Assembly (NCBI GenBank): GCA_051362555.1
Contig: CM120647.1
Coordinates: 20,560,651-20,624,650, forward strand
Direction of reading: 5' to 3'
Origin: Lingula anatina
Lineage: Eukaryota; Animalia; Brachiopoda
DNA length: 64,000 nucleotides
In this document: positions 53,001 to 64,000 of the stretch, one piece after another
How the letters are laid out: each line of letters opens with the position of its first letter
How positions within the stretch are numbered: the stretch's first letter is position 1
Position numbers and translations under genes: made by a program
Notes under the pieces: generated by a model
Database searches by the model: none
Seen by the model: the letters and a program-made list of their open reading frames with translations, nothing else
Told to the model about the DNA's origin: nothing

Positions 53001-56000
53001 ATCTTCAAACCTTCAAAAGATACACCACCAAGTTTGCAGATGACATCACTTGACCAGTTCCTGCTCATTCTTCCAATTTACTTAAGAAATGTCCGGGAAA
53101 ATATGACTTTCCCTGAGATTTTAGATGAGAACATATTCCAAGAGGCTGACTTGGCACCCACGGGAATCACATTGCAGGACATATGGCAATTTATTAACTC
53201 TAACCCTCAGAGTGTGCTGTTGGTGTTAGATGGTTACGATGAACTGAAAAGTGGCTCAAATGCTGACCTTGAAGGTATCATACAGGACAGTAAAATGAGA
53301 GACATGACCATCATCACTACCACTCGCAACTGGAAGGCTGAGTATCTTGCTGATAAAACAAAGACTGATGTTCATGCTGAAATTGCTCCAATGAGCAGAA
53401 AGCATGTGCAAGAACTAACATGTAAATACTTTTCTATTCTAGCAACTGCAATTGAATTCAAACATGGGTGCTGGAGAAAACAGACATTTACAAAGGATAT
53501 AAATGAGTATGCATCATTAATAGCTGCATGCAAATTTCTCAACTTCCTTGAAGCAAACTCCATGGCTGAGAAGATCACACCACTAACTTTGTTATACACT
53601 TGCCTTCTGTGGCAAAATGGTGAAGAAATCCATGTACCAACAACCAAAGCTAAACTCATTTCTGCAGTGCGTGAATATAGTTTGTTGCGTTACTGTGAAG
53701 CCCAACCTGATCCAAGCAAAGCAAAGGAAGAGGTGAAAAAAGAGATCCTCCCAAAACTTCAAAAGATGTTTTTTGACAGTGTTCTTGAAGACAAGTTTGT
53801 TTTCAGCACTGAAGAGATTGATGATGAAAGACTCTTCAGTGCAGGTCTGATAACTCAAGAAGTACGAGTTAAACCAATTTTACCTACTTTATCATCTGGT
53901 GAAGAAGAGGGGCAGTGGGGGAGATACAAATGTAAATATTATGAACCTGTTTATCTAAGAACAGCAGTTGAAAGTCATGCAGCAGACTACTTTGTGCAAA
54001 GAGCTCTACAAAATAGCCAAGACCCTCATGTTCAGAAATTCTTAAGGTACATCAAATCTGATGAAGGAAAACTGCGCTTGGGGAAAGTAACTGAATTTAT
54101 TTTGGAACAGGCACCAAGCCTTTCTGAGCTATTTGAATGAGAGTATGAAATTAATTTTAATTGTAACAGTGGCAGAAATCCCTTTCCACTTTTCTACAGT
54201 GCAACAAACATGATAAATGTAGGGAAAACTAAATTAAGTTCTTTAAAACATCTATTACTGGATGGGCAATTTAGTTCAATTGACAACACTGCAGCATCTC
54301 TGCAGTGACTTCAGCCAGTCAACAGAGAGGAATTATTCTGACTTATTATGTAACGAGCACCTGGAGTCACTGTTTTGTACCATTTTTGATAAAATACCAT
54401 GATTCATTTAGACTACCATGTCTCCCTGGCATTTCAGAAGGGAAACCCCATATCAAGTGCTTAAATCTGAGGGGTTTTATCATTTTAAGGTATGAATTAA
54501 GAAATATATGGAGCTCTAAGGGCATTCAGACATAAAAATGACCTTGGCCCATTAAAAATGTGTATATATTATATCTTTAAGTGTTTTACCTTAACAACCC
54601 CTAAATCATCACTGAAAATACTGAAGGTAATTTGATAAACCAAATGATGACCAAATAGCAAGTAATAAACAACCAACCTGTCTCTGAAGCCCAGATATGA
54701 CCTTGACCTTGATGAGGAAGGTGACCTTGTGACCTTTGTGGTCAATGGTCCTGATGACGGTGCCAGGTTTCTCAATTTCAAAAGGATCACACCACTTCAT
54801 GTTTTTACCCTCCAGACACACCTGGAGAACCTGGAATTTAATGAGGAAAAATAATTGAAGTTAAATCTCAGATCACAATTTTGACTTTGGCTGAGGTCTC
54901 CTCTTGGCTAGGTTCCCACCCAAAGCTGGGATAATTGACCTTTGCCTTTGGTGTCAGTCAATTATCCCTGCTTAGGGTTGGACCTAGCCATGAGGTGACC
55001 AAAACACTTTGTGATATGATTATTAAGTTTTATGATCAGAACTCTGAGAGCATAACATGGCTAATAAAAATCTCTGCTGGAATCTTACAGCCTTATCTTT
55101 TTTATTTCAATTACAAAATCCTTTTTTAAGAAACCACTACCTGTTGTTTCTTGTGGCTTCTCCAACTGTATGCATGCATTTCTCTGCTCTGTAGAGAAAT
55201 ATTTTCATCAGAACCAACTTGGCCAAACCTAAAATTGCCAAGAAAAAAAAAGGCATTCATCAAGTCATCCATATTCAAAGTGTTCGCTCAGTATGGAGAC
55301 GAAAGTGGCAATTTATTGCCACAACTTCTTACAAATCTTGGCCACCTTTTCTGAACTTTCACCTTATGTCCACTGTCAGAAATCCGTGTCAAAACTTCAA
55401 GGAAATATGTGTAGATATGAGGACATTTTGCATTTTTCTCAAAGATGTAATAATTGAAAAAAAAAAAAAAAAAAAGAAACAACATGAAGTAGAAATATTG
55501 TTGGTTCACGAACAAAGAGTTGTTTTTTTGTTGTAGTTGTAATTATACAAAATGGCTGGAAATACCTGATAGTGCTTAAGGTATCGTTACATATCATGTA
55601 ATAATTCACTATCACTTTCTCGGCTTGGGCAGTCTGCTGCAACTGTGCCCAGGTCTGAACCATGACTCCCAGGGTGTGAACTGTGCTCTGTCCTATGTGT
55701 AAATACACAGGGTCAATCTTCACATCACATTCTAAAGTGGACTGAAATAGTTAGAAAAGACACATATTTAGTTGTGACTCCCAGGGTGTGAACTGTGCTC
55801 TGTCCTATGTGTAAATACACAGGGTCTATTTTCACATCACATTCTAAAGTGGACTGAAATAGTTAGAAAAGACACATATTTAGTTGTGACTCCCAGGGTG
55901 TGAACTGTACTCTGTCCTATGTGTAAATAGATAGGGTCTATCTTCACATCACATTCTAAGGTGGACTGAAATAGTTAGAAAAGACACATATTTAGCCGTG

Positions 56001-59000
56001 ACTCCCAGGGTGTGAACTGTACTCTGTCCTATGTGTAAATACACAGGGTCTATTTTCACATCACATTCTTAAGTGGACTGAAATAGTTAGAAAAGACACA
56101 TATTTAGTTGTGACTCCCAGGGTGTGAACTGTACTCTGTCCTATGTGTAAATACACAGGGTCTATTTTCACATCACATTCTTAAGTGGACTGAAATAGTT
56201 AGAAAAGACACATATTTAGCCATGATTCCCAGGGTGTTTTTATTGACCCAGTTATATATTTCTTAAAGACAATGCAAACAAATTTTGTGCAGTTGCAGAA
56301 TAAAATTTTAAGTACCACGACAATTCTGTTATAACATTTATCAAAAGTTTACAAAGTTAAATCTCCAGGGAAAAATTTACTGATCATGATAATTTCATGT
56401 AAACTTGCCCTAGAGCAATGAAACTTTTGGTTTATGTAAATGGCTCAGCTCTCATATCTAGTTTTCTCACCTCTGTCCCCAGGGTATATTGTAAGCTAGC
56501 ACTAGCAGCCACAGGATCCACTAAGGTTTGGGTCGTCAGATTTCTGTATTCCACAATATCACACTGACCAATGCCAGTCACCTGTAATTATGACACAATT
56601 ATTATATTCCACCCTGAATTCTGAGGAGTGCTGGAATACTTATATATTTTTCAGAAATAACAGAGTTATTTAATTTGAATAGCATGTTAAACTCAGGGTG
56701 GTTGTGTAGCACTGGCAGAATTTCCCATTGACAAATGCTTGGTACTTGGCAGAAAAAAACATAACGGTAATTGTTCAGACAATATCATAATCATACTTTT
56801 AAGTTTGCCATTCTTTCATATAACATTCCAAATAAGAACTTTTCAATAAAAAATCAGCCATATGTAAAATTATATCTAAAAAGTTGTTTCAATTTTTTCG
56901 GTTTACATTAATCAAAACCGGTCTTCAAAACAACTGAGTACTTCTATCCTTTAACTGCCCTTGTGACCATAACTCTCACCTGTCCAGTGGTCTGTAGAGT
57001 TTCATCCATCCATATGGACATGTCAAAGCTTGGGTCATCTACTGTAATGGTCAAGACATCTTGGTCCGAGGGGCTACAATTGTCCAGGTAAAATGGACAC
57101 AGCTTGCTGGGAGTTGCTGGGGGTGAGAAAAAAAAAAAAAAAAAAAAACAATCTATATTTTTATATCCGTATGGGATAAAATAAGGTAATTTAATCCAAT
57201 AATGACAATATATTTTCCAAAATGGTTGAAGTGGTTTTTCATGCTAACATTGTTAATTCTATCCAAATACTATTTTTCTATGCTAAAAAAATGTGTTATT
57301 TTTAACTTATTTTTGATACAGATCAAAAGGTTGATTTTTCGTCATTTGTCCCTCTTGGGTCAAAACATTGTAAGTAGTTCCCATAGCTTTGCCAATTTCA
57401 TTATCAATTTTGCTAAACTTTTTGATTTTCTTAATATTATCCATCTCTGTACCTAAAACTAAATTACCTCCTTTGTCCTGATATTAGTAGTAGATCCCAT
57501 AATTTTGCCATTCCATTATCATTTTTGTTAAAATATTTGATTTTTTAAAAATATTATCCATATCTGTGACTAAAATAAAAGCACATTTGCCAAGATGTTA
57601 GTAGTTCCCATAGCTTTGCCAATTTCATAATTAGCATTATTAAAATTTTTAATTTTCTTAATATTATCCATCTCTTTGACTAAAGAGAATAGTTAGTACA
57701 TGGAGGGACCCTACCTTTGCCAAGATGTTGGAAGTGGTTACTCATTCTCATCACCAGTAGCGAGGCAGTACACTGAAATCTCACAGCTGGGACCAGTGCT
57801 GGTAAAATACAGGAGTCCACCCTCATAGAGGCTGCTAGTGTCATTGGTGACACAACTGGGTCAGGGCTCTCAGACTGGGATCTGTTTCAGGAATAGTATC
57901 TATTGATTATTTACATATATAATAAATATAAGTTTTATTTTCAAAATTTTCGGTTATAAAATTCCTCCAAAGTATAACCTCAAACATTTTGCTAAAATCA
58001 ATTTTTTGCTTCTAGCTGTAGCTGACAGTACTCTTAAGTATAAAGTACCCCATGAGCTTTGCTGAAATCAAGATTTTCTAATTCTAATTCTGAAATTACG
58101 CTCAAGTCCAACCCCTTGCCTTTTGCTAAAATCATTCATTTTGTCTAGAAAACTAGTTCTGATACTTAACTCATCTTTAACTCTTTTAACACCATAGAAT
58201 AAATATCTTGAACTACCATCAGGAATGCCTTCTATATAATGGTAATGCTACATAAAACTTTAACTCAGACCCTATCTTCAAGTCAAAAATAAGTGAAACT
58301 GCTCAGACCATACGGTTTTTCATCAGCATCAAGTATGAACACATCCCTAATCCATGAACCACTTGTCTTAGTTTCATTCTTTGTTTTACTGAGAAAAATT
58401 ACGCAGAAAATACACAAACAAACACACATCACAGCATCTTGTAGTTGAAAAAAAAACCCTAACCACATGCAGGCTCTCATATAATCACATTAAATATTAA
58501 TAAATTAATAAATTAGTTAACAAATACATCAGTTAAGTTGTGTTAACCTTTCCTCCCTGTCTCCATGATAGATAAGTACTCTCCACACTTGAGCTACTGT
58601 GGGCTTGTCTTGTAAACCTGGCAGCTCCACCTGGCAGTCGTTTCCCTCTGTGATTTGGAACTGTTGGTAGTCAATGTAGTTTTTGTTCAGTATGCACCAG
58701 TACTGCAGAACACAGTCAACCTAGAAATATTACATTAGAATATATGAAATTTATTGCTACTATGATTTTTACACCAAGTAATGCTTGTTCAATGTAAAAC
58801 TTTCTACAACTTATCCATCTCTCTTTTCACTTGTGGTAACATACATTTATCTCTTAACTAGTATAAAACTCAGAATCTCTAAAAAGTAAAATGAAATATA
58901 AATGTACCATTTCGATAAGAGTTAAATAACATCAGAATCCTTTGAAAATAAAAGGAAAGGTGAATGCAAAAGGAAGTGAAATGATACATTAACACACAAT

Positions 59001-59508
59001 CATCTCTCTTTTTCTTTCACCCAAACCCTGCTAGCAGTATCACACACACACACACACACACACACAGGCACACACACACACACAGGCACACACACACACA
59101 CAGGCACACACACACACACACACAAACCTTGCCAGTGAGGCTTAGCTGGCTGGTGCTAAAGGGAACTGGTGTTATGTGGACTTTGGTTAGTAGTCTGGCC
59201 TCTGGATAACACCAGGCCATGAAGGCCACATCCTCTTCTTCATCAGATCCAAACACTATCTCTCCAGCCTCGGGGGTGACATCTGGGGTATCTAAGTACA
59301 CCAAATCAGAATAATGCACTTATTAATTATACAGATTTTTTTTATACTCACTTTAATATTAAATAACTTTTTCAAGATTTATTCTTATGGTTACTCACAA
59401 ATATTAAATTTTCTTTTTCATCTATAAGCCCAACTAGAAATTTCTATTTCTTAAGGCATTATCTAAAAATATAACAGGCAGTAAACCTGGTCAAATTAGT
59501 TGAAATCC

Positions 59509-59575
<67 letters not shown>

Positions 59576-62500
59576 GAGGGAGGAAGGAAGGGAATAAAGA
59601 AAGAAGGTGAAAGCAGACAGATTAAAAGGGCAGCAGATTAAGGTTCTAGGTAAGGAAGGAAGAGTTAAAAAACACAAGAAAGAAAGTAAATTAAGAATGA
59701 AAGGAATACTTAGCTAGGACCAAGGACATGCTTACCATTAGTAAAGACATATTGGAATGCCCCTGTTCTAAGATCATCCACAGAGCTGACTCCCTGGTCA
59801 TTTTTCCTGGTTTTCTTGGTCTTCTCTCTCCTCCTCTCTCTTGTTGATCCAGACTTTGTGTGGACACTAGTTGTCTGTTGTAGAATCTGAAATCCACAGA
59901 TCTTAGTTTAATCTGATATCTGGGAATGATCTCCCAGCCTTAGCTTGACCAACATTTTTTATGTAATGTAACCATATTAGCACATCCAAACCCCATATTA
60001 CCCAGTTGTATAGTATGAAACAATCTTCTCATTTAATCTCATGGACACTGCAATAATTATTAAGTTTTGTGTAAAAAAATGAAGATATGATCCTTGGACT
60101 GAGATACCCAAGCATCACTTTTGAAACTTTTATTGAGGATGAAACAAATAAAATATATTTAAATAGTAATATAATATAGAATATAAACAATTAATAAGAT
60201 CAAAATAAGACATCATGTATGGATGGTCATACATAATGGCAACAGAATCCAATAATTTTCCTACCTTGTTGTAAATACTCCAATGTTTAGCCAACGTCAA
60301 CATGCACAGTGCATGCTCTTGTCCGACACAAATCTGCACGGGCCCACACTCCACGCTTGCACACACCTGTGGCAGCCATCTTGGTCCACTGTGCAGTATC
60401 CACTGTAACTGGGCGTCCATGCTGGTGGACAGTGGTCCCAGGAGTGGACGGACAGTGGTCTGGTATCGAGTCTTGACCAGTATGTTGCTAAGCCAGGCTG
60501 ATATGCTGACTACTGAGAGAGCACCTGAAATATTGTGTAAATCATTATTTTATGCATTTTTCATCATTAAGAAAAACAATACAGATCCCTGTACTCCCAA
60601 AACAAGACGGGTTGTTGCAAGTTTTTATGGTTTCTTTAGGGGTCATATATTAAAGCCATGTTGAACTAGGTAGTGTTCATATAGTGTACATGTATATCAC
60701 AGCATAGAAGTGTCCAAGATAAAGTAGGATATATAAAGTACAGCATTTTGGTCAAGTGTTCAATATTGATGACTAACAATGACAATGACACGTTTCACAA
60801 AGAAGAACTAAACTGTGAATCAAAATAAGATATAATGTCTCGAAAATAATTTTTTTTAATATCAACCTACAGACTAATGCTGAAAGTGTATTATTCCTCT
60901 CAATGCCTGACAGTGGAAATGTCAACCACACCCTCCCCTCAGGCTTCTCACTCCTCTATTTTTTTCCTACATCTTACCCACCTTCATCAGCTTCTAGCTC
61001 GATACCAGCCTGGAACTGTGACAGCGCCATGAGTATCCCAGCATGCTCCTCATGTGGCACTGTTGTCATGGCAACCACCAGCTGGACTGTGCCTATCTTG
61101 ATATTGCGGATAGCACCGAGGTATCTCACATAGGCTGGTACTGACCCTGAAGCCTTCTCTGTGGACTCTAAAGTGAGGCAAACACAAAAATACAATATAC
61201 TTGAATTACAAAATGTGATGATGTTAGCCATTACAGAATATGTGGCATCCTTGGATTTTTTAAAAACATTGAGGATTTTTTTTATAAGTAAATACAATAA
61301 ACTTAAATTACAGATGCTGTTTACCATTACAAAATAAGTGATATTCTTGGATATTTCTCATTTTTGAGGATTTTTTTTAAAAATACAACATATTTGGCAG
61401 AATGTTGATGAATTAACAGTATTATAATTATAGTAATAAATATCAACAGTAAAAGAAAATATTTTGCTGTAAGAGTAAAGTCACCAGAGAAGACCAATTT
61501 CGTACCAGCTGGATCAGAATCTGAATCTGTCGTCAGTTCCTTTTCTCCAGTTGTCTGCTGCACAGTTTCTGATGACTGTCCCGCAGCAACTGTCGTCTCC
61601 TCCCTTTGTCTCAGTTGTTCCAGTGTCTCCTGCACTAACTCTTTAACTTGCTCCAGTAGCACCAAGCTAAGGTTCAGCTTCAGAGGCCTCTCTATACTCA
61701 CAGTAAGTCCAGCTTTGGAATAAAGCACAGTATAATTTTATAAGAGTCAATTTGAGAATAAGTTAATGAGACTGAATACTTGCTGCTCATCTTTTATGGC
61801 CAATATTTCTGAATATTTCAAAGAAAGAACCAAGAATAATTTTGTAGAATGTTTACCATTTATCTTATTCAACTGTCAATACTTTTCGTAACTTCACCTG
61901 AGGATACAATAAATATTTCCATATGCTTACCTTTCCCAGTAAGAAAGTTTTCTGCTTTAAAAGTATACAGACTTGGAGGTATGCCCGTCTTGGGATCAGT
62001 CTCCCCTGCACGTGTCTCCACCCAGTGGGCAGTAAAGTCACCAAGGTCTGGCAACATCTTGAAAGGGTCTACAACACAAAAAATGCTGACCTTATCAAAA
62101 CCACAATTATAAGAAGAGCATATTCTTGTCTTTGACTCAACACCAACACAACAGGAGCCATCCACTGTATGCGACATACAAGAGTGTAATTATATCAAAG
62201 TGCAGCCTCAATATAATTTACATTGTACACACTAAGTATTAATATATGGTACCTATGTAACTGTTTGGTCATAGCCTTTGTAAATTGTGCTAGAACTAAT
62301 AAAGATTATTAATATTAATAATTTGTTTTTGAATGACAGCTGTAGACAATGAGTAGCTGTAACTGACTAATTCCATGATTGGGGCTTTGAACAACAGAGT
62401 GAACACACTGAAGCATATTAAAATATAGGATAGCATGTAAGCAAAATAAAAGAAACTAAACCCTATTGTTCAAAGTGCTGGCTGTGAGATAAAGCAAATA

Positions 62501-63751
62501 ACAGGAATTATAGTGTAAGAATAACTGATTATGTAATTGTGAAGTTACCCAAATGGTCCTTACCTTCTAAAATATACCCAGACTTTGCTCCCTTTAGAGT
62601 GACATCGTAACAAGACATCTCCAGTTTCTGTCTATCTGGATGACAAGATGCCACGCTGTGAGGCTGAGAGAAATATGCATAGAAATATGGCACCGTATCA
62701 ATAACTCCTTCATCCAACTGTCCAGCTTGACCACCATTATCTTGGTCCAAGTTTTCCTCATGGATTGCTTCACTCATACTGTTCTGTGGGGTGTAATACA
62801 CACTTTCACTTCGCTCAAAACTACAGAATGACTCAGCACTTTTGTCTTCCTCCATTTTGTCCAAGGGCTCCTCAAGGTCACTTCTCTTTCTAGTGGCCGA
62901 GTGACCGCTTGCTTTTATCTGTGAAAGTAAGTTTTCAAGAGTTGAGTCTTTCCTGCAGTGGTCCTTTGCTACTCTGTGAGAGTAACAAGTAAAGGAGATT
63001 CGCCCTGCTGTTAGCAAGATGTCAAAGGGGGTGACACCCTTCAAAGGATTCACCCCTTTTTCTTGGGAGCTGAATCTCTGTGAAGATGTTGCCTCGGCCC
63101 TTTGGGTGGTGCCATCAGAAATGGTGCTTTGCGTTTCTGAAATTTCGGATGACTTAGCTTTGGATATGGCCTCTCTTGTAGCATGATGCCCCCTATCTTT
63201 TTGGCATTGTTGTTTCACTGTGCCTGATGTGATGTTAGTGGTGAAAATGTCCCAGAAAAGCCCCACCTGGTTTGTGCTGAGGTAGAAATCCATGTCACTG
63301 GTCACGTTCACTTCAGCAGAGTAGCCGCACACTATATTGGACTATAAAAGAAAAAAGTCACGTAATGCAAGGGAAAATCAGCTAAAAACATATACAAAAT
63401 AATAAGATTTTTGATTAAAACTTTTTTTTTTCATATTATTAACCTTGACTAGTCTGAAAAGAAGCACAAAAACAAAAATGAAAGTATGAAGCATAAATAC
63501 TGACAAAATCAACATACAAAATAGCAGATGTGTTAAAAATGACATATTAATAATCAAATGTCTTTTTCTGAGGAGATATACACGTGCTATGTAATCTAGG
63601 GTTCCTTTTTCAAATTTTAAACAGGAAAAAATCACCAAAAATGCCAGATTTTCTCACCTTTGTGACACTGGTTTCTACAATGGCTGGAGCAAGAACTATT
63701 CTTAAGTCACAACTGGCACACAATGGGAACACTTTTACTTCAGATTCCTCA
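39261..63751 (-). CDS. VPS13B: VPS13B (Cohen syndrome COH1) orthologue, 3' portion; the gene continues beyond the window end
   Basis: Spliced C-terminus ...[65 protein letters not shown]...[19 protein letters not shown]...[17 protein letters not shown]...[27 protein letters not shown] matches my recollection of VPS13B. Over 25 GT-AG exons, e.g. 63658-63751, 62564-63341, 61931-62068, 55565-55741, 54678-54830, 48674-48919, 48229-~48312, 42689-~43950, 42107-42283, 41258-41428, 40771-40949, 39771-40021, 39261-39494 (stop TAA). Some internal boundaries are approximate. Confidence 0.93.
41914..42160. repeat. 62-bp tandem repeat x4 comprising an exon 3' end plus splice donor of VPS13B
   Basis: Unit acactcacctgctgtgacattagccaacagtgaccccatgccctgtgtcacctctccaacaa at 41914, 41975, 42037 and 42099. 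Confidence 0.95.
47657..48286. repeat. 62-bp tandem repeat x10 comprising most of a VPS13B exon plus its donor
   Basis: Unit agaaaacacttaccacagtctgtgtgacatc[at]ccataagattttacactgcaccagacatgt, with cttac every 62 bp from 47670 to 48228. Confidence 0.95.
51287..54140 (+). CDS. NLR-like protein: N-terminal DZIP3-like HEPN domain with polyQ inserts plus NACHT NTPase, ~786 aa; nested antisense in a VPS13B intron
   Basis: Exons 51287-52115 and 52609-54140 join through a phase-1 GT-AG intron; 2361 nt is open. HEPN hallmarks are [28 protein letters not shown] and YRNKFAH. NACHT hallmarks are the pre-NACHT IYIELRL, Walker [10 protein letters not shown], Walker [16 protein letters not shown] and [13 protein letters not shown]. 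Confidence 0.88.
55663..56237. repeat. 112-bp tandem repeat x5 comprising a VPS13B splice acceptor plus exon 5' part
   Basis: Unit tgactcccagggtgtgaactg...gtggactgaaatagttagaaaagacacatatttag at 55663, 55775, 55887, 55999 and ~56112. Confidence 0.95.
57370..57700. repeat. Diverged ~113-bp intronic tandem repeat x3
   Basis: agtagttcccatagctttgccaatttcat...aatattatccatctct recurs at ~57373, ~57488 and ~57600. Confidence 0.75.
59040..59123. repeat. (CA)n microsatellite
   Basis: Directly visible. Other microsatellites: (TG)n 2555-2588, (GA)n 59515-59572, (TAA)n 40962-41005, (ATT)n 15297-15365, (TAAA)n 34808-34850, poly-T 20822-20864. Confidence 0.95.
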
Positions 63752-64000
63752 CTGAAATGACAAAATTTACAAAAAGAACCATCTCAGTCTTAGACTTATT
63801 GAAAATTTAGTTAATATCAGGGCATTAGTCAAGCGACTGTCCATCTGGCTTTTGGACTGTTATTTTTTAATGTATGTATTAATTAATCTATTCAGTTCCT
63901 CAATGGATCATGCATCCATTTTATTGATGGACTACGAAATATTCAGTTCTAATTGTCATTATAATTATTTTGAAACCTGTGCTTTTTCTGACAATGAACT

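Overview
AT-rich animal genomic DNA with spliceosomal GT-AG introns, microsatellites, LINE fragments and many MITEs. An invertebrate, probably lophotrochozoan-like, source is my inference. Four gene systems can be read by hand-splicing. (1) 1477-15439 (+): a 13-exon gene for a ~728-aa secreted protein of no family I recognise, with His-x-His motifs. Intron 2 holds nested transposons. (2) ~17.5-37.8 kb (+): a tandem cluster of five intact small secreted Cys-rich peptide genes (81-92 aa precursors) plus remnants. Four have 10 Cys and end CC-x-HHHC; one divergent copy has 8 Cys. Copies 1-4 share a CRE/TATA promoter cassette. The ORF track largely misses them because they are spliced. (3) 39261->63751 (-): the 3' part of VPS13B/COH1, with several exon boundaries amplified as tandem repeats. 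(4) 51287-54140 (+), nested antisense in a VPS13B intron: a 2-exon ~786-aa protein with a DZIP3-like HEPN domain (intact RxxxxH) fused to a NACHT NTPase, with no LRR visible. The peptide cluster and the HEPN-NACHT gene are the best candidates for undescribed immune or effector systems. All gene models were made by eye; no database searches were run.
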